Source: a phage. Taken from it: 64,000 nt of DNA. The DNA lies in the NCBI GenBank assembly GCA_033648345.1, contig GCA_033648345.1_4121.1; one strand, 5' to 3'. The position numbers and the translations under genes were made by a program. Positions 49,673 through 58,894 of this stretch are shown in pieces. The notes beneath the pieces are model-generated. The model did no database searches and was not told the DNA's origin. It saw only the letters and a list, made by a program, of their open reading frames with translations. Within the stretch, counting starts at the first letter, position 1, and each line of letters starts with the position of its first letter.

Positions 49673-49713
49673 TAATAAATATAGTATATATTAATCATTA
49701 AAGGGATTTATAC

Positions 49714-51426
49714 ATGAGCATAAGTTTTAATAACCCACTGGATACTATGACTAGTACTGGTGCTAATGGATCTTTAGAACTAATAGTGCTTGGTGGTACA
49801 CCAACTAATCCAAGACCTATTCGTTTTAATTCATCTTCTGTCATTTTACCAGTACAGGCATTGCCAGCAGGTGAGCAAGGTGCTATGGTATTTGATAGAA
49901 ATGAGTTGGTGTTAAAATACCACAACGGGACAAGTTGGATTGCAGTATACGATACTGATACAATTCTTGAACCAATCCGTATTTCACTCGATGAAGTGAA
50001 CCGTAAACTGAATTTAAAAGTTGAAACAGTAACATATAGTAGTAGTGCTGTTCCAAGTGCGAGCATTAGTGGTACGAATTTAAATATCGTATTCCCTACT
50101 CCATCAAGTAGCGGTAGTGGCCCAACAGGTCTTTACACTTCAATGAAGCCTGGTGCAATTACCCAGTACTCATTGACTTCTGGACAAACTGTTGCTAGTA
50201 TTCGTGAACAGATGTCTGGAGTAACTAATGGTCAAAGTGGTCGTAATGGTACACAAGGTTCTCCGTGGAAAACTTCTGATGGTTGGTGTTTTGCTGATGG
50301 AATGTGGTGGCAATGGGTTGGTGAAAATGGTACAATCACTAAACAAGTTCCAAATCTTAACCAAGAAGCATACTTGAAAGGCATTACCACATCAGGCGTA
50401 ACTAAAACTGATAGTGTGATTGCAAGTAGTGCATCAATTAGTGGTACTGCGATATCAATTGCTCAACTTCCACCGCACTCATTTAGTTTCAGTGGAACTA
50501 CTGGTGCTGCTGGTCGTCATGGTCATAGCCAAGCACTAAAAGGTATGGACAGAAGTGGTCTTAATGCGTTAACATCCAGTAACGACAACGGAATCCCAAC
50601 TGTAATTAATAACATTAACGAAGCACCTGATCACGTGCATAGTTTCAGTGGTTCTACGAATACTGTTGGTAGTGGTCAAGCACACAGCCACGGAATTAGC
50701 AATATTGACGTACCACACTTTAATGTGGCATACTTATATAACATTGCAGAGTCTAACGTTGCATTGAGTGAAAAAGTTGCAAACACCCGTTATGTACTGA
50801 AAACTGGTGATACAATGTCTGGTTCATTGACTATTGCTAACAGTGCAACAATTCGTTCGAATGATACTTCATTAGTACTTTACTTCCGTAACGCTACTAA
50901 TGGTGAACGTGCAGCAATTTATCATAATTCATCTAACAATACATTACGTTTGAGAAGTAATGGTGGTTCTGAAGTTTCTATCAACTCTTCAGGTGTACTA
51001 ACTTCCCCATCGTTAGTTGTTAGTTCTAACTCTGCAACAGTTTCTGGTAAAAACATTGTACGTTCAGTTAACGGTACTGCGGCAGATGCAAGTGGTAATG
51101 TAACTATATCTACCACAACAACTTCTGCGTCATTGACACAAAATGGCTGGCATAAAGATAACAATACTGGTATGATTACCCAGTGGGGATACTTAACTGT
51201 TGGTGACGACTCTTATGTTACTGTAAACTTACCAGTTGCATATCCTAATGCTTGTTTAAATCTACAAGTAACTGGTAGAGTATCCAGAGCACCAGGTAAC
51301 CGTACTTCATTTGCTGGTCATGGTAACATTTTAAGTAACTCACAAATTGCTGTTGGTGCAGCTAACCCTGGTAGTGACGGTGACCACAATGGGCTAGGAG
51401 TGTACTGGACAACAATTGGTTATTAA
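49714..51426 (+). CDS. Tail fiber protein with His-rich HxH motifs
   Basis: 570 aa, Ser/Thr/Gly-rich; HGHSQ and HVHSFSGSTNTVGSGQAHSHGISN resemble metal-binding HxH motifs of T4-type fiber tips; AAAGGGA RBS. Confidence 0.6.
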   Translation: MSISFNNPLDTMTSTGANGSLELIVLGGTPTNPRPIRFNSSSVILPVQALPAGEQGAMVFDRNELVLKYHNGTSWIAVYDTDTILEPIRISLDEVNRKLNLKVETVTYSSSAVPSASISGTNLNIVFPTPSSSGSGPTGLYTSMKPGAITQYSLTSGQTVASIREQMSGVTNGQSGRNGTQGSPWKTSDGWCFADGMWWQWVGENGTITKQVPNLNQEAYLKGITTSGVTKTDSVIASSASISGTAISIAQLPPHSFSFSGTTGAAGRHGHSQALKGMDRSGLNALTSSNDNGIPTVINNINEAPDHVHSFSGSTNTVGSGQAHSHGISNIDVPHFNVAYLYNIAESNVALSEKVANTRYVLKTGDTMSGSLTIANSATIRSNDTSLVLYFRNATNGERAAIYHNSSNNTLRLRSNGGSEVSINSSGVLTSPSLVVSSNSATVSGKNIVRSVNGTAADASGNVTISTTTTSASLTQNGWHKDNNTGMITQWGYLTVGDDSYVTVNLPVAYPNACLNLQVTGRVSRAPGNRTSFAGHGNILSNSQIAVGAANPGSDGDHNGLGVYWTTIGY

Positions 51427-51433
51427 AAAATAT

Positions 51434-51462
51434 TGAGACAACTTTTAAAGTAGTGATACAAT
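51434..51462 (+). promoter_or_regulatory. Promoter of the early family
   Basis: TGAGAC, 17-nt spacer ending TGA, TACAAT; upstream context AAAATATTGAGACAA mirrors 55375-55390. Confidence 0.4.
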
Positions 51463-51523
51463 GTAGTCATCTTACAGCGGTTGTGAGATGACATTTTTTC
51501 AAAACACATGGAGAAGCAAACAA

Positions 51524-51829
51524 ATGGCAAAAGCTAAAAAAGAAGTTAAAGTTGAAATTCGTGACCTAAATGATGAACAACGTAAACGTCTAGGTGATGC
51601 ACTAAACAACGCAGTAGTACAACTTACTTTTATTGACGACACCAAAGCATCCTATGCAGATTTCATTAGTTCCATCTCTGATGAACTAGGTATTGATGCA
51701 TCCGATATCAAACAAGCCGCTCAACGTATCTACAAAGGCGATTACTTTGATAAACAAAACAAACTCGATAACATCGAAACTATCCTAAGTGTTACTAACA
51801 ATTTACCACAAGCAGATGACGATTACTAA
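51524..51829 (+). CDS. Hypothetical protein
   Basis: ATG 51524 with GGAGAAG RBS (track start 51488 has none); followed by a hairpin/T-run. Confidence 0.45.
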   Translation: MAKAKKEVKVEIRDLNDEQRKRLGDALNNAVVQLTFIDDTKASYADFISSISDELGIDASDIKQAAQRIYKGDYFDKQNKLDNIETILSVTNNLPQADDDY

Positions 51830-51911
51830 TAAGTACTAAAAACTAAACTTTATAGCCTCCAATGAATGGGGGCTTTATTTTTAACTTAATAAACGTAAAG
51901 GAATACAAACG

Positions 51912-54900
51912 ATGTATATCGATGCTTATATGGAACGTAAACGTACTGGTGATATTTTGCACGTAGCAGAACGTAAAAACGGTAAACGTATTCTACGTCA
52001 GTTGGACCCAGTATATGAATATTATGTTGAATCTCCTACTGGTGAACACAAAACAATTTATGGAACCAACGCAAAGCATTTGGAGTTTGAAACTCAATCA
52101 CAGATGAATAAAAGCGTTGAGCAACATAAAAATGAAGGTCTACGTATTTTTGAAAGTGATTGCAACATTACCTTCAAAACGTTGGCTAGAGAATACATGG
52201 GTAAAGGTTCGCCGGATTTGAACGTAGCATTTTTCGATATCGAAACCGACTTCCATAAGAAGTTTGGTTATGCTCCACCATCAGATCCATTCAACCGTGT
52301 AACTGCAATTTCTCTATATCAATCATGGACTGGTAAGGATTATGTACTTACTTTGCCACCAACTGATATGGAAATGTACGAAGCACAAGATATTGTTCGA
52401 CAGTTAAACGAAGAAACTAACGACCCTAACAGTACTGTCATCCTTTATACGGATGAGAAAGAAATGTTTATGGAGTTCTTTAGTCTAATCGATGACTCTG
52501 ATGTAATTTCAGGTTGGAACAGTGAATTCTTTGATATTCCATATATGGTAAACCGTACCAAGAAAATCTTCAACGAAGCAACTACTGCTCGTTGGTGTTT
52601 GTGGAATAAAAAACCAAATGCTCGTGAAGCTGATAACTTTGGTAAAACTGTAGTAACATATGATCTTATTGGTCGCGTACACTTAGACTATCTTGCTCTT
52701 TATAAGAAACATGCTGGTCAAGTTGAACAGTCGTACAAACTAGATTATATTGCTGAAAAAGTAACTAAAGAAAACAAAGTATCCTATGAAGGTTCATTGG
52801 ATAAACTATACCGTGAAGATTACATTACATTCTTGCGTTATTCTAAGCAGGATAGTATTCTTCTAAAGAAAATTGATGCTAAATGTGACTTTATCAACCT
52901 GCACAACCGTCTTGCTCATAAAGAATGTGTACTAATTAGTACTACAATGGGTTCGGTTGCACTAATCGACACTGCTATCATCAACCTTGCTCACAGTCGC
53001 GGTGAAGTTGTTTTTAACAAAGCACCGAAGGATGATTTTGAGTTAGATCCAGAGATGGAGTACTATGGTGAAGAAGGTGATGAAGAAGATGAGAAAATCA
53101 GTGCAAAAGCTGCTGGTGCATGGGTTCAAGATCCAGTTCTTGGCCTTGTTAGCGATTTGGGATGTACAGACTTTAACTCATTGTATCCAACTGTACTACG
53201 TACACTTGGCATGAGTACTGAATGTATTCTTGGACAACTTCGTCAAGACTACACTGATGCATATCTTGCTGCTAAAGTACAAGAGCAAAAAGCTAAATCC
53301 AAATCTAAAGCGTTTGAACCTGATTGGACCGCTGCATGGCATGGTTTATTTGCTGCTGTAGAATTTACAATGGTTCATGAAAAATCTGACAAAACTTTGA
53401 TTGTTGATTTAGAAGATGGTAGTTCGTTCAATGCAACTGGTAAAGAATTGTATGATATTATCTTTGCTGAAGACAGTACTATTGTACTAAGTGCTAACGG
53501 AACACTTTTTGATAAGTCTAAGTATGGTGTAATTCCAGATATTCTTACTCAATGGTATTCTGAGCGTAAAGCACAACAAAAAATGGTAATCGACTACAAA
53601 CACATGTACAGTGATGGGTGGGAATTCAATGGTTCTGAGAAGGTTGAACCTTTGCTATCTAACTACACAAGTGGTACAATGTTCCGTACAAACTTACATG
53701 ACAATGATCCTGTTTACCTATTACGTATTGCTATTGGTAAAGGTCAATGGGAAGAAGTTGCAAAACTCATTGTGGAAAATGGTTTAGTACTGAAAGATGG
53801 TCGTATTTTCTGTGCAACGGAAGATAAGAATTACTTCAAACAGCAAAGTGCATTCTGGAAACAGAACCAGCAAATTCGTAAGATTCTTCTAAACAGTCTA
53901 TATGGTGCACTATTGAACAAAGGTTCACGTTTCTTTGATAAGCGTTTAGGTCAGTCCGTTACCTTAACTGGTCGTTCTATGACTAAACATATGGCAAGCC
54001 GTATCAATGAAATCACTACTGGTGTTTATAATCACCAAGGTGGCTCTGTAATTTACGGTGATACTGACTCCGTTTACTTCAGTGTAACTCATTACCTGAA
54101 AGAACAAGGTATTCCATATAATCTTTCGAAAGAAGAAATCGTTGACATGTATATCAAAATCGGTGATGAAGTTGGTGAATCATTCCCTTCATTCATGAAC
54201 GAAATGTTCAATACTGGTATTGAGAAAGGTAAGATTGTTGGTGCAGACCTAGAGATGGTCGGTTCCCGTGGTCTATTCCTGAAGAAAAAGCGTTATGCAA
54301 TTCTCAAGTACTGGGAAGATGGTTTCCGTAAAGATGTTGATGGAAAGCCTGGTGAAATTAAAGCGATGGGTCTTGAAATTAAACGTTCAGATACGCCAAA
54401 ATACATCCAGAACTTCCTAGAAGAGACTCTAATTGCATTGCTGGTGGGTGAGTCTGAAGCTCAACTTAAACAGCGTGTACGTGACTTTAAAGAGGTATTT
54501 AAAGACATGCCTGTACACGAAAAGGGTTCACCGAAAACTGTTAAGAACTATACCAACTTAGAAGCAGAATATGAAGTTTCTGGTAAATGTAAAGTTGGTC
54601 ACGTATTAGCAGGTATTCAATGGAACCGTCTACGTGAAGTATATGATGACAAAACTGTACCTGAAGTAACTGACGGTACAAAAGTAATTGTATGTAACTT
54701 AAAAGATAACCCGATGGGTATCAAAGCAGTAGGTTATCCAATTGACTGTGTGGAATATCTACCTGAATGGTTCTTAGAACTACCATTTGATACAGAGAAA
54801 ATGGAAGAAATAGTTCTAACTAAAAAATTAGAAAACATTTTTGGTATTCTGGATATGGATATTGGTATTCATGAGAAAAGTACAGCAGCCGTTAATAACG

Positions 54901-54917
54901 GATTCTTCACCTGGTAA
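51912..54917 (+). CDS. DNA polymerase, family B (T4 gp43-like)
   Basis: Exo I FFDIETD, motif A DFNSLYP, motif B KILLNSLYGAL, motif C YGDTDS; 1001 aa; AAAGGAA RBS. Confidence 0.9.
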   Translation: MYIDAYMERKRTGDILHVAERKNGKRILRQLDPVYEYYVESPTGEHKTIYGTNAKHLEFETQSQMNKSVEQHKNEGLRIFESDCNITFKTLAREYMGKGSPDLNVAFFDIETDFHKKFGYAPPSDPFNRVTAISLYQSWTGKDYVLTLPPTDMEMYEAQDIVRQLNEETNDPNSTVILYTDEKEMFMEFFSLIDDSDVISGWNSEFFDIPYMVNRTKKIFNEATTARWCLWNKKPNAREADNFGKTVVTYDLIGRVHLDYLALYKKHAGQVEQSYKLDYIAEKVTKENKVSYEGSLDKLYREDYITFLRYSKQDSILLKKIDAKCDFINLHNRLAHKECVLISTTMGSVALIDTAIINLAHSRGEVVFNKAPKDDFELDPEMEYYGEEGDEEDEKISAKAAGAWVQDPVLGLVSDLGCTDFNSLYPTVLRTLGMSTECILGQLRQDYTDAYLAAKVQEQKAKSKSKAFEPDWTAAWHGLFAAVEFTMVHEKSDKTLIVDLEDGSSFNATGKELYDIIFAEDSTIVLSANGTLFDKSKYGVIPDILTQWYSERKAQQKMVIDYKHMYSDGWEFNGSEKVEPLLSNYTSGTMFRTNLHDNDPVYLLRIAIGKGQWEEVAKLIVENGLVLKDGRIFCATEDKNYFKQQSAFWKQNQQIRKILLNSLYGALLNKGSRFFDKRLGQSVTLTGRSMTKHMASRINEITTGVYNHQGGSVIYGDTDSVYFSVTHYLKEQGIPYNLSKEEIVDMYIKIGDEVGESFPSFMNEMFNTGIEKGKIVGADLEMVGSRGLFLKKKRYAILKYWEDGFRKDVDGKPGEIKAMGLEIKRSDTPKYIQNFLEETLIALLVGESEAQLKQRVRDFKEVFKDMPVHEKGSPKTVKNYTNLEAEYEVSGKCKVGHVLAGIQWNRLREVYDDKTVPEVTDGTKVIVCNLKDNPMGIKAVGYPIDCVEYLPEWFLELPFDTEKMEEIVLTKKLENIFGILDMDIGIHEKSTAAVNNGFFTW

Positions 54918-54927
54918 GGAAAATATT

Positions 54928-55068
54928 ATGATTATTGCAGACGAAACTAAACTAAAATATGACGAAGTAAATGACGTATTCTCTGATGAATCACTAGCAC
55001 TGTCTGAGGACAGTGTTAACGAGGCGTGGGAACAGTACGTTTTATGGAGTGCATCCCAAGGAGAGTAA
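54928..55068 (+). CDS. Small acidic protein (46 aa)
   Basis: ATG with AAGGAAA RBS directly after the polymerase stop; Asp/Glu-rich; coding status uncertain. Confidence 0.35.
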   Translation: MIIADETKLKYDEVNDVFSDESLALSEDSVNEAWEQYVLWSASQGE

Positions 55069-55069
55069 T

Positions 55070-55372
55070 ATGGAAAATATATATAAGCGTGTTGGTGCAG
55101 TACTGGAAGATAGTACTATCGTAAATTCAGTACTTGCATACAATAATGATGATGAAGTTGTTCTAATGTCTGCTGGTTTCACCAGAACTGGCTCTGTTGA
55201 AATTGACGGTGAGATTGTTGACGTCTATTCTATTGAAAAGAAACGCAAAGTTGTCATTGTTGAAGATGTTAACACGTTAAAAGACTTAGAACATCTACGT
55301 TACAAATTCAACATTGGTGCAGGTGCAAACGCTGATAAGCCGTACCTTAAACGTTGGAACACAAAATACTGA
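55070..55372 (+). CDS. Hypothetical protein
   Basis: ATG 55070 with AAGGAGAG RBS (track start 55013 overlaps the upstream ORF); 100 aa. Confidence 0.45.
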   Translation: MENIYKRVGAVLEDSTIVNSVLAYNNDDEVVLMSAGFTRTGSVEIDGEIVDVYSIEKKRKVVIVEDVNTLKDLEHLRYKFNIGAGANADKPYLKRWNTKY

Positions 55373-55380
55373 TAAAAAAT

Positions 55381-55409
55381 TGAGACAAGCATCATTCACG
55401 AGATATAAT
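55381..55409 (+). promoter_or_regulatory. Promoter of the early family
   Basis: TGAGAC, 17-nt spacer, TATAAT (55404-55409). Confidence 0.4.
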
Positions 55410-55476
55410 GGTGCTTGTAGTAATCTGAAGCATACAAAAACATTTTTGATTAACAAATAAAACGGAGAATTATATA

Positions 55477-56208
55477 ATGGATCTACGCAACGTACTACGT
55501 GACCTAGTTAACACTACCAACGGCATCGACTTTTCTTGTATCGCAGTTAGCAGTGAAGACCGTGGTGATGGACAGCGTGTTTACATGGAAGCATACACCG
55601 ATGACCGCACCCTAGTTATGCGTGCTCACACTAAAGAAGACGTACCAGAAGTTCAAGGTCGTTTTGGTCTTGGTAACCTAGGTCTTCTACAGGGTCTAAT
55701 GTCTCTAAAAACTTATAGTACTGAAGGAACTACTATCACTTCTAATTTGAAAGATGGTGCAGTTAAGAGCCTAGCATTCAAAGCAGAAGATGCAAGCACT
55801 ACTTTCATGGTTCAACCAGAAAAACTAATTCCAGCCCAGCCTCGTTTCCATGAACAACCATATGACGTACAGGTTACACCTAGTGCAGCTAAAGTTCAGG
55901 AACTAAAAAGTTTCTCTGGTGTGTTTAAATCTTTCAGTTCTCTAGTAACTCCATACACTGAAGGTGATACTCTTTACTTCCACGTTGGTGAGAAGAATAA
56001 AAGTAACCACGTTGGTGCACTAGCATTCTCTAAAACTGAAGGTGAACTAGGTCTTGGTTTTGGTTATAACATTGACCGTGTTCTACAAGCTCTATCCCGC
56101 GTTTCTAACGCAGAATCTGTTACCCTTGGTATTACCAAAACTGGTATGCTAAACGTAACTCTAGACACTGGTATTGCGGTATACAAGATTTACGTAACAG
56201 GTTGCTAA
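55477..56208 (+). CDS. Hypothetical protein; weak resemblance to a sliding clamp (gp45-like), unverified
   Basis: 243 aa with GGAGA RBS; N-terminal LVNTTNGI segment loosely recalls the T4 gp45 N-terminus; followed by hairpin GGGGAAC-ATGGA-GTTCCCC. Confidence 0.5.
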   Translation: MDLRNVLRDLVNTTNGIDFSCIAVSSEDRGDGQRVYMEAYTDDRTLVMRAHTKEDVPEVQGRFGLGNLGLLQGLMSLKTYSTEGTTITSNLKDGAVKSLAFKAEDASTTFMVQPEKLIPAQPRFHEQPYDVQVTPSAAKVQELKSFSGVFKSFSSLVTPYTEGDTLYFHVGEKNKSNHVGALAFSKTEGELGLGFGYNIDRVLQALSRVSNAESVTLGITKTGMLNVTLDTGIAVYKIYVTGC

Positions 56209-56274
56209 TATAAATAATGGGGAACATGGAGTTCCCCAAATTTTTGATTTAAAAATAAGTAAAGGAAGACAAAA

Positions 56275-56481
56275 ATGCCATTATATACATATCGTTGTGA
56301 AAAAGAAGAATGTAAACACAGTTTAGAAAAGATTGTAAAAATTGCCAATCGTGAAGAACCTCATGATTGTCCTCAATGTAATGGTGAGAAGACTATGAAG
56401 TTGGAAGTTTTTACCCCAGGTGATAAAGGTGCAAATCTTTATTTCCGTGGTAAATGGTTTGCAAACACTGGAGGTTACTGA
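56275..56481 (+). CDS. FmdB-type zinc-ribbon protein
   Basis: MPLYTYRCEKEECKH...CPQCNG matches the MP(I/L)YEYRC..C...CP.CG zinc-ribbon pattern; AAAGGAAG RBS. Confidence 0.55.
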   Translation: MPLYTYRCEKEECKHSLEKIVKIANREEPHDCPQCNGEKTMKLEVFTPGDKGANLYFRGKWFANTGGY

Positions 56482-56482
56482 T

Positions 56483-56785
56483 ATGAAAATTAAAATGATT
56501 AACGATTATGTACTGGTTCGTCAAATTGAAGCACAGAATAAAAGTACTGGTGGTATTATCCTAGGAAACGTTGAACCACCATGTGTTGGTATGGTGATTT
56601 CAGTTGGTGAAGGTAAAGTACTACCTAATGGGCAAATTGCAGAACATAATATTTGTGTTGGTGATATGGTTGTATTCGGTCGTTCATCACTAAACACTCC
56701 TATCACTGAAGATCTTGGTGGTGGTGAAGACACATATTATGTGATGAAAATTGAAGAAATTTTTGGTAAGAAATCAAATGGCTAA
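56483..56785 (+). CDS. groES: Co-chaperonin GroES (Cpn10) homolog
   Basis: MKIKMINDYVLVRQIEAQNKSTGGIILG...VGDMVVFG colinear with bacterial GroES including the mobile-loop region; GGAGG RBS; 100 aa. Confidence 0.75.
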   Translation: MKIKMINDYVLVRQIEAQNKSTGGIILGNVEPPCVGMVISVGEGKVLPNGQIAEHNICVGDMVVFGRSSLNTPITEDLGGGEDTYYVMKIEEIFGKKSNG

Positions 56786-57503
56786 AAAAAGGTTTATTCC
56801 TTTCTGGATGGTCCCCGCTCATTGGGGACTTTCTGGTAAAGCGAAAGAGATTGCGAAAGCATACTACTATAACGATGATTATGAAGCTGATATGTTAGTT
56901 GCAGAACTTACATATCTAACACCATATGAAGTTGATGTAGCACAGTTGGATATCAAAAAGAAATACAATGTATTAGAAACTCTTGATTATCTAATAGCAC
57001 AGGCAGATGTACAATTGAAGTATTCCAAGATTACCCGTGATGAGTATAATGTAAAATTACTTGATGCTAAATTAAGTACTGGTGCAATTACTCAAAAAGA
57101 GTATGATATGGAAGTAATCGAACTAATGCCTGATGGTGATGACAAACGTCTTAAAGCTATCGAGTTTGCATATCGTTATGAAGAGATTACACAACAAGAG
57201 TATTCAAAGGAAATCTTTACTTTACGTAAAGAACCTTGGATTGATTTGGATGTAGTACTTAATCCAGAAACAAATGAAGTTGAATTTGTTTTTGATTATA
57301 ATGAATACTTTTGGAAAAAGTTAAAAGCGGAAGGTCATCCAGGTAATGACGAAGAAGAAATTATTGACAACTTCGTTAGAGACATGGGGCGTAAACTAGC
57401 TACGGATGATTTCAGTGATGATTATGACGTAAAGCTAGTGAATGCGAACGAAGGGTTAGAGAATCTACCTGGTTTACCTGAAGGGTTCCGTTCATACAAA
57501 TAA
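56778..57503 (+). CDS. Hypothetical protein
   Basis: ATG overlapping the GroES stop; 241 aa; followed by a terminator. Confidence 0.5.
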   Translation: MAKKRFIPFWMVPAHWGLSGKAKEIAKAYYYNDDYEADMLVAELTYLTPYEVDVAQLDIKKKYNVLETLDYLIAQADVQLKYSKITRDEYNVKLLDAKLSTGAITQKEYDMEVIELMPDGDDKRLKAIEFAYRYEEITQQEYSKEIFTLRKEPWIDLDVVLNPETNEVEFVFDYNEYFWKKLKAEGHPGNDEEEIIDNFVRDMGRKLATDDFSDDYDVKLVNANEGLENLPGLPEGFRSYK

Positions 57504-57504
57504 A

Positions 57505-57537
57505 AAAAGGAGAGCAAAAGCTCTCCTTTTCTTTTAT
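57505..57537. terminator. Bidirectional intrinsic terminator
   Basis: GGAGAGC-AAAA-GCTCTCC (57509-57526) with flanking A and T runs. Confidence 0.65.
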
Positions 57538-57547
57538 CTTTAATTTA

Positions 57548-58237
57548 TTAAACCATCGCTGGGATGAATTTGAATAGTTTGATACCGAAGTCACCAGCAG
57601 CATCAGCAGCTTGGGAACGTAGAACAACTTCAGTAACACCATCTTTAGCGAGTAGTGGAACTGCGGTTAGGTCATCAATTAGTAGACGGCCTTCTTCGAT
57701 CTCAGTACTTGGAACGCCTTGGAAAGATTGAATATCTTTATCAAATACGTTAGCACGTTCAACGAGGAAAGTAACTACTGAAGCACTAGCGATATCAACA
57801 GACCCAACACTTAGGATACCGTCAGCAGCGTTGGTAAAACCAGTAACTGCAAATGGCTCAGCGTCGTTGCCAGCGATTTCGGAAGTAGCGATGATAACTG
57901 CACGTTGTTGAACAACATCAACGATACGTTTAACGTTAGTTTGTGCAGCGTAAGCAGCGTTATAATCAGCTTCTAGAGTTGCTGCTTCAAATGGAGTACC
58001 ATCGACACGGATGATACCTTTTTCGTTTAGATATGCAACGATTTCATCAGCTACGTCAGTGTTTAGGAAACGTTGTAGACCAGCGAAAGAACCAACTGCA
58101 CCAGTAACACGCACGTTAACATTACCAATTTTACTAATTGCGATAGATGCTAGGGCGTTTTTACCACAGAAGTAACCTAGAATTTTATCAAAGGAATAAC
58201 CATTGATACGTTCAAAAGAAGTATTAGTATTAGACAT
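57548..58237 (-). CDS. Putative virion structural protein (paralog A)
   Basis: 229 aa, Ala/Val/Thr/Gly-rich; shares QQRAV...TS...ER.NVFDK blocks with the adjacent gene; AGGGGGA RBS. Confidence 0.55.
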   Translation of the reverse strand: MSNTNTSFERINGYSFDKILGYFCGKNALASIAISKIGNVNVRVTGAVGSFAGLQRFLNTDVADEIVAYLNEKGIIRVDGTPFEAATLEADYNAAYAAQTNVKRIVDVVQQRAVIIATSEIAGNDAEPFAVTGFTNAADGILSVGSVDIASASVVTFLVERANVFDKDIQSFQGVPSTEIEEGRLLIDDLTAVPLLAKDGVTEVVLRSQAADAAGDFGIKLFKFIPAMV

Positions 58238-58252
58238 ATTGTAGTCCCCCTA

Positions 58253-58852
58253 TTATAGTTGTACTGGTAGAGCAGCACGAACTTTAATTGCAACAGCGTC
58301 AGCGGCAGCAGCATCACCAACACCATCAGTACCTAGAGCAACATAAGATTTGGTACGGAAGAATTTAGCTTGTGCAATAGCTTTAGCTAGTTCAACAGTT
58401 GGATCAACTGGAACAGAGTAAGCAGCACCTGGGCGAACTTCTTGTTTGTCAAATACGTCTTGACGTTCACAGATGAAGGTTAGAGCAACAGAACCAGCAC
58501 CACCTGTAACATCAGCACCACTAGTACCAAACGCGATTACGTTACCACCAACGGTTTTAAAGTCAGCAGGGATAACAACAGCGGTGTCTAGAGCTAGTAC
58601 GGAAGTAGTAACTAGTACTGCACGTTGTTGTAGTAGTTGGGTAATCATGAATTGGTTGTATTGAGCATTGCTGATTGCAGTTTGTAGTGCTTCATCTTGA
58701 ATTTCGGAACCGTCAGAAGTAACAGCGGTAGTACCAACTTCAACATCTGCTGGTAGATCAACAACGATGGTTACGAAACCATTGTTACCACCCCAGTATT
58801 CACGAGCAGTAGCAGACATACCATAGTTACGGTTAAAAGAATTAAGACTCAT
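58253..58852 (-). CDS. Putative virion structural protein (paralog B)
   Basis: 199 aa paralog of the downstream gene; AAGGAG RBS; late-promoter boxes upstream. Confidence 0.55.
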   Translation of the reverse strand: MSLNSFNRNYGMSATAREYWGGNNGFVTIVVDLPADVEVGTTAVTSDGSEIQDEALQTAISNAQYNQFMITQLLQQRAVLVTTSVLALDTAVVIPADFKTVGGNVIAFGTSGADVTGGAGSVALTFICERQDVFDKQEVRPGAAYSVPVDPTVELAKAIAQAKFFRTKSYVALGTDGVGDAAAADAVAIKVRAALPVQL

Positions 58853-58894
58853 AAAAATCTCCTTGTCAAATTTTGTGCAGGAACACCCTGCTTA

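Noticed and set aside
55477-56208. Confident assignment of the 243-aa protein as sliding clamp (gp45)
   Set aside because: Only a short N-terminal resemblance and context downstream of the polymerase; no clamp-loader genes nearby in the window; kept as a low-confidence note
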